Shown in pieces: positions 25,023 through 36,500 of a stretch of DNA of 64,000 bases. This stretch comes from Marsupella aquatica. Taxonomy: Eukaryota > Plantae > Marchantiophyta. Position numbers and translations under genes: made by a program. Numbering within the stretch: the stretch's first letter is position 1; each line of letters begins with the position of its first letter. The stretch covers positions 12,709,375-12,773,374 of the forward strand of contig OZ316897.1 of assembly GCA_973895155.1 (NCBI GenBank), written 5' to 3'. The notes beneath the pieces are model-generated. The model did not search any database. It was not told the DNA's origin and saw only the letters and a program-made list of their open reading frames with translations.

Positions 25023-27854
25023 CAGAGGACAAAAAAAAATGAATTTAGAATTTAAGGTCATCAAAATATATTCTCTATTGAAGGTTAGTAAAATGATAAA
25101 AATAATATATCATTTTAATAATCATATATAATATATTATTTATGTGTACATTATTGTTTTGTATGCACATTCATATAATTTTTTCACATGCACATGATAA
25201 TCATATTCTTTGAAAGTTAATAAAATAATATAATATATCATTTTTTTTATTTGCATATTATTATTTTTTATGCACATCCATATGAGATTTTTATATACAC
25301 ATGATGACCATAAAGTTATGATCTAGAGTTTTCACTTTAAACTATATGAATTTTTCACATACACATGATTATCATAAAGTTACGATCTAGAGGTTTCATT
25401 CTTGACGCAGGCTCTTCACAATAGACTTCAGTTAACATTTTTATAGTAAGATTAACAGAAAAATTTAAGGTCAAGTTATGTACTGCCAATTAATTCAATT
25501 CATAATAAAGGACTTCTTGCAATAAGAAGGATCATAGGCTATATGACCCTCAGTCATTGTAGAGGCCAGGGGAAATAAAGATATGTTAACAACTTTAGCA
25601 CAGACCCTGAGAAATGGTACGGTCATTTCTTTCTTGGAAAAAAGCCATCACCTGTAACGGTAAAGCTTTGAGATGCCCTTGAGATGCCCTGATGAAACCC
25701 AAAACCTCTAGCAATTCTCGCTGTAAAATTTATCATTTTTCCATGTCTTTCGTTCTTACTCGAGCAATTCCAGACCATACTTTATTATAACAAGTGTATT
25801 TGTCTCTCCAATAGCAATAAGAATAATTGAATTGTTTTATCAAGGCTGTGATGAAGTACTGTAGTGTCAGGATGGGTTCGTGGATTGATGGGTTCCCGGA
25901 TTGATCATCTGCTGGCACACGGCGGTCTCCTGAATTCATCTGAACGTCGAGCCTAGATCTGATTATGCTCGTGATTTTGAATTCTATCACTCCTTCACTC
26001 GCATACTTGAAACCTTTGTGCAGAATTCAGATGCTCAATAAGATACCTATTGTTTTGGATATCGTACCCTTTCGACAATGAGGGTCGGAATTTGGTAGCT
26101 GTATCTTCTGCGCTACTGCTGAGTGAAGTGAATCTAGAGCCTATGCTGGTAGGTCTGCGAAACCCTTCAATTTAGCGTTGCACCGATTCTAGCGTAGTCG
26201 TTGCACTAAGACATGGGGGGTTCCAGACTGAGAGCTGCTCTGGATTTTTCCAGGGCCTTCATTGATCGTTCATATGCTACGGGCCACACGATACCATCCT
26301 CACAAGTTCTTACTTTTGCATGGCCGAAGAGTGTCAGACGACAAGCTTGAGATCCTCATGATGTTCACAATTTGTCTTTAAATCTATTAGAATAGTTCGT
26401 ACAGTACCCACTAACGACGTAAAAAATAGCAAATGTCTAGCTGCACTTCCACAACCTGCATCTCGGAAGTGACTTGAAAGGTTAATCATGAACAAGTCCA
26501 ACGCTACTTGAAACTTTTTTGTTGTAGTTGTTTTCTTTGCAAGCTATGATGAAATCTTAGCTTTGTAGGATTACATGACAAATGTGAACTTCAAAAACTG
26601 AAACGCACCACAGATTTGCCTCAGCATTGAATGTATGAAAAAAATTGATCCTGACAAAGAACCTAAGGCGCTCGTACCTTCACAGCAAAACTATAAATAA
26701 TACAAACGCTGAAGGTGAGGCCTGGCACCTTCCTACCTTATTGGACCTCTTGGAAAATAGAATAGCTGCAAGGATCCATCCGGATCACTAAATCTGGGAG
26801 TTGAGGTTGGAAAGGTACCTGAAGGACATGCTAGAAAGAACATGTACTGCACAAGGGGAAAGGATCTGCCGTCGGTGTAGTAGACAGTGTTACTTTTGTA
26901 TCACTTGGGGGATATGTTGAGAATGGATAACTAATACAAGTGCCACTTTGGTCAGCCTAGCTATGTTGAGAATGGATCTAGAATAGACTTCAAGCCGAAC
27001 CAGGTTACAGCTTTCCGAATTACTACGTTAAAACTCAATCTCAGCAGTAGTAATTTATCGAAAAATGACGAGTGTACTAACTTTTTTTATGAACAGCTGA
27101 GGACCCGGTCGAACTAGAATGCATGCACCCAGTAATCCCAAAGAGTGAAAGAGAGCACGTCATACGCAACAGACAACCTTCATTCAATGGAACTACTTTC
27201 GATCTTCTCACTGAAGATCACTAATTCACAGTAGTGCAATCGATATACGGCAGTGAATATTTGTCAGATATTGCATTTGTTCTGCTGTTCCGATGCTGTT
27301 AGTTGGAAATACAGCGATGGACTCATTACTTTTACAAATCTATGGACACGTGGAATGACTAGTTGGTCTTTTGAGCGAAATCTGCCACCAAACTCACAAA
27401 AACATTTGTCTTGCAACAGCGTACCAATCCTCGACAACTTTCTTGAATTGTACTTTGCACAGATAACAACAAACGTGATTCAAAACTTCTTTTCTGTTCC
27501 AGAATTTTACTTCTCATGAGATCCTCGGGATGCTCTGAACTAGACATGATGTCCCACTTTGATTGACAAGTTGATTAGAAGATCCCGTTACTCTCACCTT
27601 CTCGTAAATTTGGAGAGGAGAGCTGGCATCTGCTCCTACAGAAAATCCAACGCCCTTGCCAATTAAGATCGTCTTTGGAGTTCAAACTGCTCGTGATCGT
27701 TGTCGTTTAGTCTTCTACCTTCACAGGGTCCCCATCTCAGGTCCAGGAATCTACACCACAAATTCTTACTGAATTTTCTCGACTTCAGATTTGTGTCTTT
27801 CAGATTGGTTCGCTTGGTTCGCTGGTTCTAAACCCCAATCATTATTTCAGAAAG

Positions 27855-28022
27855 CGCAGAGCTGAAAATGGTATCAATGCCGAATCCTTACCACCTGACG
27901 AAGAAATTGCCAGAAGCATATGGAAGCATATCGTCCTCGCAGAGCTGAAAATGGTATCAATGCCGAATCCTTACCACCTGACGAAGAAATTGCCAGAAGC
28001 ATATGGAAGCATATCGTCCTCG
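27855..28022. repeat. Perfect 83-bp tandem duplication
   Basis: CGCAGAGCTGAAAATGG...GCATATCGTCCT repeated with period 83 and a CG overlap at the junction. Confidence 0.9.
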
Positions 28023-28837
28023 TCCAAAACCTTATCTGCACTTGCGATGTCTGCCTTTATCCTCTCACCAGGAGGTGAATCGCATCTCACCACAAATGAA
28101 TCTCAAGATGATGATACTTAATTCTTTGCCGTAGAAGTCACGACTGAATTCTTGTAGTGTATTCACTTCCACAGCCCGGCTATGGTGATTCTCCGTATGT
28201 GTCCTGGGAGCTGTGACAGGCTGCCGGAAGCTGTGATGGAGGACATTGATCCATATTCTCGAGCTTGAATATTATCAAGCTGATATCGCTAATATTATCC
28301 TCTACAGCGTTCATAGGTCAACTCCCACCAAACCCAGTTCACCTTCGACCCTTGCCCAGTCAAAATTTTCTCGAAAGAGTGCTCCTGTAGAACTTGCTTC
28401 TTTGTGTAGAGAACCCACGACAACAAATTCTTGCTTTATCAAGCTGTACTCCTGTAGAACCTGCTTCTCAGTGTAGAGAACCCACGCCAACAGATGCTGG
28501 AAGATCCGTGCTTTATCTAAGTGTCAAAGGGAAATGAGTTCTCACATTCCCTTGACTAAAAGAATCGCATCCGTTCTTTCATATTAGCTACATCTCGAGG
28601 AATTGATGGAATTGACGTACTGTATACTCGACCGGTGCTAACTTGAATTTTCCCGCACACCACAAGCAAGCGCAAGCGAGAGCCACAGCCACACATCGAC
28701 GACTCGATAGACTCCAACCACGAACTTTTATTAAGAAATTTACGATTGGTCCATCATTTGAAAGTGATCTACGTCAACTCATACAGGAAATCGCGGACTG
28801 TTCTGGAATCCTACGGGATTTGACTCTAGGAGCTCCC

Positions 28838-30016
28838 TCAAAGTTCAAGGAGAGATATTGAACAACGATTGGAACTATCTCGAGTCCGAGTAACATTAAT
28901 TGGTACTTTCTCCCACTGAATTTCTATTTTGTCACCACCAAAGCCCTTGGTGTGAATAAGAAAGGGCCCGGGGGAAGCGTAATCCCGCACTACTTCACAC
29001 CAGTCCATTAAGACCAATAGCTCGTCTTCCACAGCTTTAGCATAAATTGGAAACATGACGTTTTCGTCCATGTCAATATACTCCATTCCACCGGGCGGAA
29101 AGGTATGCAGCTGCCTCCGTGAATGACTTTCAACATCGTGGACATATATACCTGCTTTGCTCATGGAATGCAAGCGTCCTTGTGCCACAAACGGGAGTTC
29201 ATTCTCCCGTTCAAAATGCTTAAAATCTCCCCACTCATCTTTGACTGAATGGTAAACCGCAAATTCTGGCCGGCCTGAGTCGGTGTGGTCTTCCTGGCAA
29301 GTGTAGCCACAATGAAACAGCTCCTGTCCCAGCGCTTCAACTGTGTGAACCTGATGATTGAAAATTTTGCTCATGGTCTCAATCGGCATGGTCTTGATCG
29401 GAGACCAAGTATCTTCCTTGGGGTCATACACCTCTGCTCCCCAAGACTGGTTGCGGCCTGAGCCTCCTCTCCCAAATGCAAAAATCTTTCCATTGATGAC
29501 ACCGCATTTCAAGCTAGATCTTGGTTCCATCATACTCGCACACAATCTCCACTGCCTCTGCCCCGCAACGTCCAACACATGTAATTGGCGACAGTGAGAT
29601 TCGCGTCCTCCCAGGGCATAAACTTTCCCATCCACTGAAACACATTGGCTGAATGGCAAGTTTAGAGGAAGTCGGTAACAAGAACGGTCTCTAGCGGAAT
29701 AGAGAGAGATTTTAAAGGAGACACCATCACATTCCTCAAAAATCAGAGCGAGGGTCTCGGTTGTTTGCAAACGGACTCTCACGTCGTACACCTGACGATT
29801 ACGAATAGCACGATTCCAGCCGCGACTTACTGATGAGAGGACATGAAAATCTTTCCAGGACAGCTGAGAAGCAATGTTTTCCAAGGTAATATGATTCTGA
29901 ATCCCCGGAAGAAGCTCCTCCAGTGACAGAGATCTCTCGCAGTCTTGCAGCGTGTCTGAAGATGAGATTGCCGGCAACGTTCCTGAGCTCAATGGCGTAC
30001 AAAATCGTTTCTCCAT
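28838..30016 (-). CDS. F-box/Kelch-repeat protein, copy 2 (inverted paralog of 14045-15277; alternative in-frame ATG at 30037)
   Basis: Same architecture: MEKRFCT..LLPGIQNHITL..LSWKDFHVLSSVSR, Kelch repeats, C-terminal SLLEL. The upstream region is also homologous to ~13000-13505. Confidence 0.9.
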   Translation of the reverse strand: MEKRFCTPLSSGTLPAISSSDTLQDCERSLSLEELLPGIQNHITLENIASQLSWKDFHVLSSVSRGWNRAIRNRQVYDVRVRLQTTETLALIFEECDGVSFKISLYSARDRSCYRLPLNLPFSQCVSVDGKVYALGGRESHCRQLHVLDVAGQRQWRLCASMMEPRSSLKCGVINGKIFAFGRGGSGRNQSWGAEVYDPKEDTWSPIKTMPIETMSKIFNHQVHTVEALGQELFHCGYTCQEDHTDSGRPEFAVYHSVKDEWGDFKHFERENELPFVAQGRLHSMSKAGIYVHDVESHSRRQLHTFPPGGMEYIDMDENVMFPIYAKAVEDELLVLMDWCEVVRDYASPGPFLIHTKGFGGDKIEIQWEKVPINVTRTRDSSNRCSISLLEL

Positions 30017-31809
30017 TGCACCTGAATCACTGTTCATTACAACAGCTGAAATTACAAGTCAAAGTACAACTGCAACAAGACATTGAATGCAGCAACAACG
30101 GCTGTCAGTCATGGAAGGGAGGCAAAACTGATAGAGACACTCCAACGATATCGAATGCAGCAGCAAATGTCACTCACGGCGTACATCGAAATCAGTTGAC
30201 GAAGTTGAAATCAGCACAAACTCCAATTTAAACACAGACTCGCTGAAACGCAGAAAATCGTTAGAAATGGACCAGAAGAAAATCGTCAGAAATGGAACCA
30301 GAACTGTACGCACCGGACAAGGGTAGTGAGAAGCTCCACCCACAAGGAAAATGGTTCTTCCCGGCACAGTGAGTCACGGAGGTCTCTGCCTACGGGATTG
30401 ACGGCCTATGGAGTCAAACTGTATGCACGCTCTGGGTCTAATCTCGTACTCTTCGCTCCCGCGTTTTCCAAATGAATTTCGCACAAACCACAATGAATGA
30501 AAACTTTTCGGCGCCCAGCGCAGTAGAGCTGCGTTGGGCCCGAGGAAGTAGGTAGGACCCGTTTCGGGAACGGGGTAGAAATTATATTTTCAGACACGAG
30601 ACTACGAGAGGGGGAACCCTCAAAGCATTTCTCTGGAAAGAAGAGAAAACGTGTTTTTGTGCTGATAACACTAGTGCAGTTTTGAAAATACTGAAATAAG
30701 CCGCTTGCACATACTTTGGCTACCAACAAGTTTGGAAACATTTAAGTGGCCACTCGGGATAGTCTAAAAGCAATCCAAAATAGGTTTTGGCTAACTTTGA
30801 TGGTGAATTACACTACTATTGTATATAGCATGCTGGAACATGCTTTGCTTTTTGTCAGGTAGTGATGTGTAAGTGGATAACATTAGATAATAAACCTAGA
30901 ATACATATTAAATGTGAATGGGATAAAATAATATAAATACAGCACATGCAAATAAAAGCACATAGTGATCAATGAAAATACAACTAAATTTTATGACACA
31001 AAGATGCTACGAGTTGTGCACTTATTTCAATGTGCCTTATGACACCCATTTCAATAAAAACCATAAACTTAGAAAGAAAAAAAACCATGAGGGGAACTTA
31101 AGACATGATGTGTTGATGTTACTTAAAACCATTCCCCTCGCTCATGAGAATACTTAAAAGTGTTAGAAAATGAAGCTCATGGATTCTCTCTAGGACATAA
31201 CAAGTTTAAAAATTAAGAGGGCTATCAAAATAAATTCAAAGTACCATAGGATACCAAAACTTAAAGGGGTTCAAAAATTAATTAGAAGTATATATGATAA
31301 AAAGGATGCCCCTTGTTAAGTTACATTCAAATAAAAATTAACACAAAATTATGAATAAGACAAAACATGAAAGTTGGATTCACCATATAGGAAACATTGT
31401 GGTACTTCTATACTAGTGCACACGACACCATTCACTCATTCAGATTCAGAGCTAAGCTTTTTTCACTCTTTCCTATGTGAAGGTGCTTTAACCCCATCAC
31501 TTCTAGTCACCCTTATTTGTGAAGATTTGCAGCCATATAGACGTCAAGCATCATTTTGGCGATCAGTTTGCGATCAGTTTTTCTTTTCGTTTTCTGTGCA
31601 GCCTTGCCGTGTTGGAAAATGTCTACTCTGTTGAGCTCGATGAGTCACTTATTCAATTAACAGCCTTGCCATAAAATTTGTGGGGGGCAGCACCAGAGCA
31701 TAAAAAAAAACCCAAGTCCCTGAAGAACAAAGAGGCAGCTAAGACAGACTGGAGATTTTCAGACTAAGCGGGAAGTTTACATGCACGATACATTGTCGGC
31801 TGGAACTTT

Positions 31810-32260
31810 TGCCCGTCCAGTCTTTAGAAGTCTATCTCCAAGAGTATCAACCAAAATAGGCCGCGCAATTTCACTTGGCTCATGAATTGTGAGCTCAAAA
31901 GACGACAATACGTGTACCTTCAAACTATGGACTTGTCCAAGTGACATTGGAAATGGCGCATGGAAGGCACAAACCCGTCGAGCTCTGGGCGATGGGAAGG
32001 CTGGCTGTACTACCAACCACTTTTGGTGCCCAGTCTTTAGAAGTCCATCTCCGACAGTATTCCCAAAAGTAGACCCCAATTTGCAAACTGACGCCGAAGT
32101 TCACTTGGCTCATGAATTGTGAGGTTGAAGACAATAATAAATGTGCATTCACACCATGAACTTGTCCAAGGCACATCAGGAGTGCCGCGTGGAAGGCAGA
32201 AACCCATCGATCGCTTTGGGAGCTGGAAAGGTGGGCTGTACTACCAACCGCTTTCAGCAG
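31810..32260. repeat. Degenerate ~220-bp tandem duplication
   Basis: CCAGTCTTTAGAAGTC, TTCACTTGGCTCATGAATTGTGAG, CTTGTCCAAG, TGGAAGGCA and GCTGTACTACCAACC each recur with a ~220-230 bp period. Confidence 0.8.
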
Positions 32261-33543
32261 CAAATGTCGAGGTCGAGTGATTAACTTGCAATGCTCAGCC
32301 CCTAATCATTTGGCAACGCAGGACACTTACCCACCAAAATTGACCACTATTCGGAGGTACAACAGATACGGGGCAGAAAAACATCACCATTGGAGACACT
32401 GACTGCGTAAAAGACTCACAGAACTCCACAACGTCAGCCAGTGCTCCAGATGTGGAGGGGTTCCATTCAGTGCTTCCATAATGGCTACAGCAGCTGACAT
32501 AGACCTCCATCTAGCTTAGAATCCTGCAGCTCGTTATGGAAAAGTCCCACACTTTCCCAAGGCCCTACTCGGCCCTTTTGAAGTCCAATGATCCAGCTGG
32601 AGACAACAAAACATTCTCTTTTTGCGTGTATGATAATATCTTGCGAATGACCGGTTGAAATCTCTTCTTCAATAACAGGGACTGTCCGTCATGGCGAAAA
32701 AAAATTTAGTCTGGCTTTTGAATAGTTCTGAAACTCTTCTTGCCAAAACACTAGCTAAAGCATACAGAACAGATTGGTAGTGAGAAACGCAGAATTCGCC
32801 AATCACAATTCTTCTCCCAACGTGTCTTCCCTTAGGTTGATGGATCTATACATAGTGATTCAGACATTACAGGCCCAAGTTGAAGGGACTAAGCCAGTCT
32901 ACATTTCCCTTTCTAGACCCTGGGTGAAATCGTCGATGTAATGATTATGTAACAAGAGGTCTCGTTCATGGGCCACCGGCCCTTGAAGACAATTGCATAA
33001 TTGAAGGTTCCTCCGCTAGAGTCTCAAACCGTGAAAAGCTCGAAGATGGGAAGAAGATAGGGAAAGGAAAATGATCGAACTAGTTGGTCCCCAAACCACA
33101 TCAGTGTCACAAGAACTCCCAACTAGAACTCAAATGATCTCAACAAGAGTTTTAAGAACCATCTTAATTCGTGTTCCAAAATGAAGTAAACGAGGTCGCT
33201 TCCATTCATACATTCTGTCAAGCTTCTAACAATTATGGCCTTCGGCTCTTTCCAAAATGTTCAGTGGCATCATGCTGAATAATGAAGCAAAATTCCTTCT
33301 CTATGGGACTTACCAATTTCTACTCATATGTACAAGGTGTCGCGGCGAATGGTTTCTCTTGACTCAACTCATGATGTCATGAGTGTGTGAGCTGAAACCA
33401 AAAGACTTGGCGGTAAACGAATTTTGGGTGCCAGGAGGAAGGCAATCAGAAAATCTCCTATGAGCACAAATTGGGGGGCATTACAAAAATGCCACTATGT
33501 ACAAAATAGGGACAGGTTTTAGCTTTCGGCTTTGAGAGCGAGA

Positions 33544-36500
33544 TCAATCAAGGCGACGACGTTTCTTATTACGAGGGGGTTCTGGGGAGGTCAACTCATC
33601 TTCAACCTTCTCCCGCTTGCGCAGATTGTATCTTGATGTGATGATAACTGGTGACCGTCTGCCACAGAAATACCACCACAGTTTTCATTCCCACCTGCTA
33701 CGGAAGTAGTTGAGATTGAAGAAAACTCTCAGGGGCCAGCACGAAAGGACTCGGAAATCAGATGATCTTGTGTACAAGGGATGCAACATGGTTACATAAG
33801 CCCGATAATTGCTCGTCGAGGATCGACCTGCTAGTTTCGTCTTTGTTGTTGTTGGATAAAGGACGTAACGGTTGGCGACTCTGAGCAGCTGTCTGTGTGG
33901 CAGACGATGAAGACTTCTTCAACTTTTCACCGGCTTGTAATGCTGCAAAAGCAAATAGGTATTTCGAGATGATTAAGTTGCACTTAATGATCAATGACGA
34001 TAAGTGGCCAACCTTGCCAACGAGGAAAAGAGTGTCCTTAAAAACTTTCAAACTAGAAATCTCACCGTTGCGTGTACGGCTTTGTGGTCGTGCGACCTGT
34101 TGCGAATTGACGGGGCCAGCTGATAAAGATTCACTCAAAGCTCTGAAACTGGGGAGCTTGTTCTGATTTGAGTAGCTCGTCTTAGACTTGCCACCCGGGC
34201 GATCCTTGCTTAACGTAGCGATTCTCTTCCTCTGCTGTGACACAAACTTGGGTGCGAAGTCTTCCTTCGCCGCAGGAGCTATCCTGGCCATGCCCTGGGC
34301 AGCAGGCAGCAAGGACCTTGCATCAGGCTTAGCCGAAGTACTCATTGAGTTACTCCAGGTGAAGGGATTTATCTTCTTTGCCTGCAAAAATACGAACTCC
34401 AAGGTCAGTACATTTTGTACAATGAAGTCCTGCCAACTCTCAACCCAAGAAGAATGTGGGTGAAAGGAAAAGAATATGGTCTACCTGTTCCGTGAGGAGT
34501 GCCTGAAGGTGCAAGATCTCCTCCTTTTGGTCCTCAGATGTTTTCCGCTCTTGCTCGAGAGCCTCTTCTAGCTGTTTCACTTGAGCATCGAACCCCTCCA
34601 ACTTGATTGTCTCATGTCTTAGATGAATAAGTTCTGATTCGAGGCTGTTGAAATTTTCAACCCACGATCGAACCTTCCCTCGATGATCAAACACTTGCTC
34701 CTCAAGAGAGCCAAGCATAGTCGCAACCTTCGAATTCTCAGCGCACACTCTTCCTGACAGTTGCAAGGCTTCCGCCTGCACCAATTTCTTCTGGCTCTCC
34801 AGGTCAACCATGCGTGCTTCCGTATCTATCACATGCTTTTGAAATTCGTATTCAACCTCCCCTAAATTATACTGAACCTCGTCCCTCAGTTCTTGCAAAT
34901 CTGCAGCAATCTTCGTGTTCTGTTCACTCATCTCAGAAACTTGCGCTTCCGTATCATGTATCTGGGATTTGAGAGCTGAAAGTTCAACCTCGTGATCTGA
35001 AACAGTTTTTGTAAGTAGGACCTCAAGACCATATATCCTGGAGTTATAAGAGTCAATCGTCTGATTGAGCTCTAATTCATGCTTCTTTAAAACCGAGATT
35101 TTATCTTCGCTTGCAACAAATTTCCTTGTCAGCTCCTCTATTTCTTTGCTAATTTCCTCATTCTGTACTTCTTGCACATGCAACTCGTCAATTAGTTTAG
35201 TTTTCTCAGCTGTCAAAACTTCAAACCTCTGTTGCAGGTCATTCTTCAAGAGTTCAGACTCTTCGGCAGCTGCAAGCTGTCCCTCCAAATTATCCATATG
35301 ATCTCTTAAATCAGATTTCTCTGCAACAAGTGACTTAACGTGTGCCTCAAGCTCTAACCCTGTCTCTTCTAATTTGGCCACCCTACCTTGTTCCTTTGAC
35401 AACATCACTCGCACCTGAGCCAACTTGTCGGATATCACATCAATTTCATGCCTTTGGACTTCCACTTTGTTGCCCTTCTCAAGAGCATCAGTCACAGCCT
35501 CCTCCAAACGGCGCCTCGCCAAGTGGACCTCACCATCAAGATCTGTGAACCTTGAAACAGCGTTCACTAACTCGGACTCACTGGAAAAAAGCTTATTCTC
35601 TACCATTGACTTGGCAACTTGTACCTCCATTAGTTCTTCAAACAATTTCTGTCTCTCAGAATTCATTTCTTCAATACCTTTGAGAAAGTCAGCGCTCTCA
35701 GAGGTCTTGTTCTCCAGAGCTGCGGTAGTACTCTCGAGAAGAGTGCGCAAGCTTTCAAGCTCCTTCTCGAGTTCAGTATCATGTCCTCTGCAAATACCTA
35801 ACTCGGACTCCAGAGCGCAAATACTGCTTTGTTTTAGATCCAATTCTTCTCTAAGCTTACTGCACTCATCGGTTAGTACAGCCACCTGGGCTTCCAGATC
35901 TTTGGCTCTTAAAAAGGTAACCAATGACTGCTCCTCTGCCTGTACTTGGGATTTCAAAACAAGATCCAGCTTGATTTTATACCCAGCAACACAACTCTTC
36001 AGATCAATGAGATCTGCCAGGGCAGCCACAAGTCTCGCATCTGTTTCCTGTTGATCCCACCACGCTCTTTGTTACTCAACTTGCAATCTTGGCATGCTAA
36101 GCAGCAGTGTACAAAGTTTTGAATGGAGGATGTAACGCGCTCTGGCAAACGAAAGGTGAATGAGTACTGTGTTAGAAAGCAGGGGCATATCATACACAAA
36201 AGAACGGCACAAAAACACTGCTTTGAACGATTCTATGCTAATGAAAACCTACGCCAACCAGAGTTGATACTGTTCATCTAAGCACTATGACACGACAGCC
36301 GCAATCTGCCTTAAAGAGTCTCAAGATACCAAGAGTGGTCTAGCGAACACGCACACCAAAACCGTAAAGAGCTTTTCTGGCTTTTCTTTCAAATAGAACG
36401 ACTGTCGTCGTGTTTACCTGTTCATGTGGTCTCGGGTCTTCTTCTTTCTCATCAGAATACTTCTTGATCCCATCACCATTCATTGAGACTACGTGATTAC

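Noticed and set aside
35425-36054. 209-aa Ser-rich plus-strand ORF
   Set aside because: Antisense shadow of the Glu/Leu/Lys-rich kinesin coiled-coil exon.
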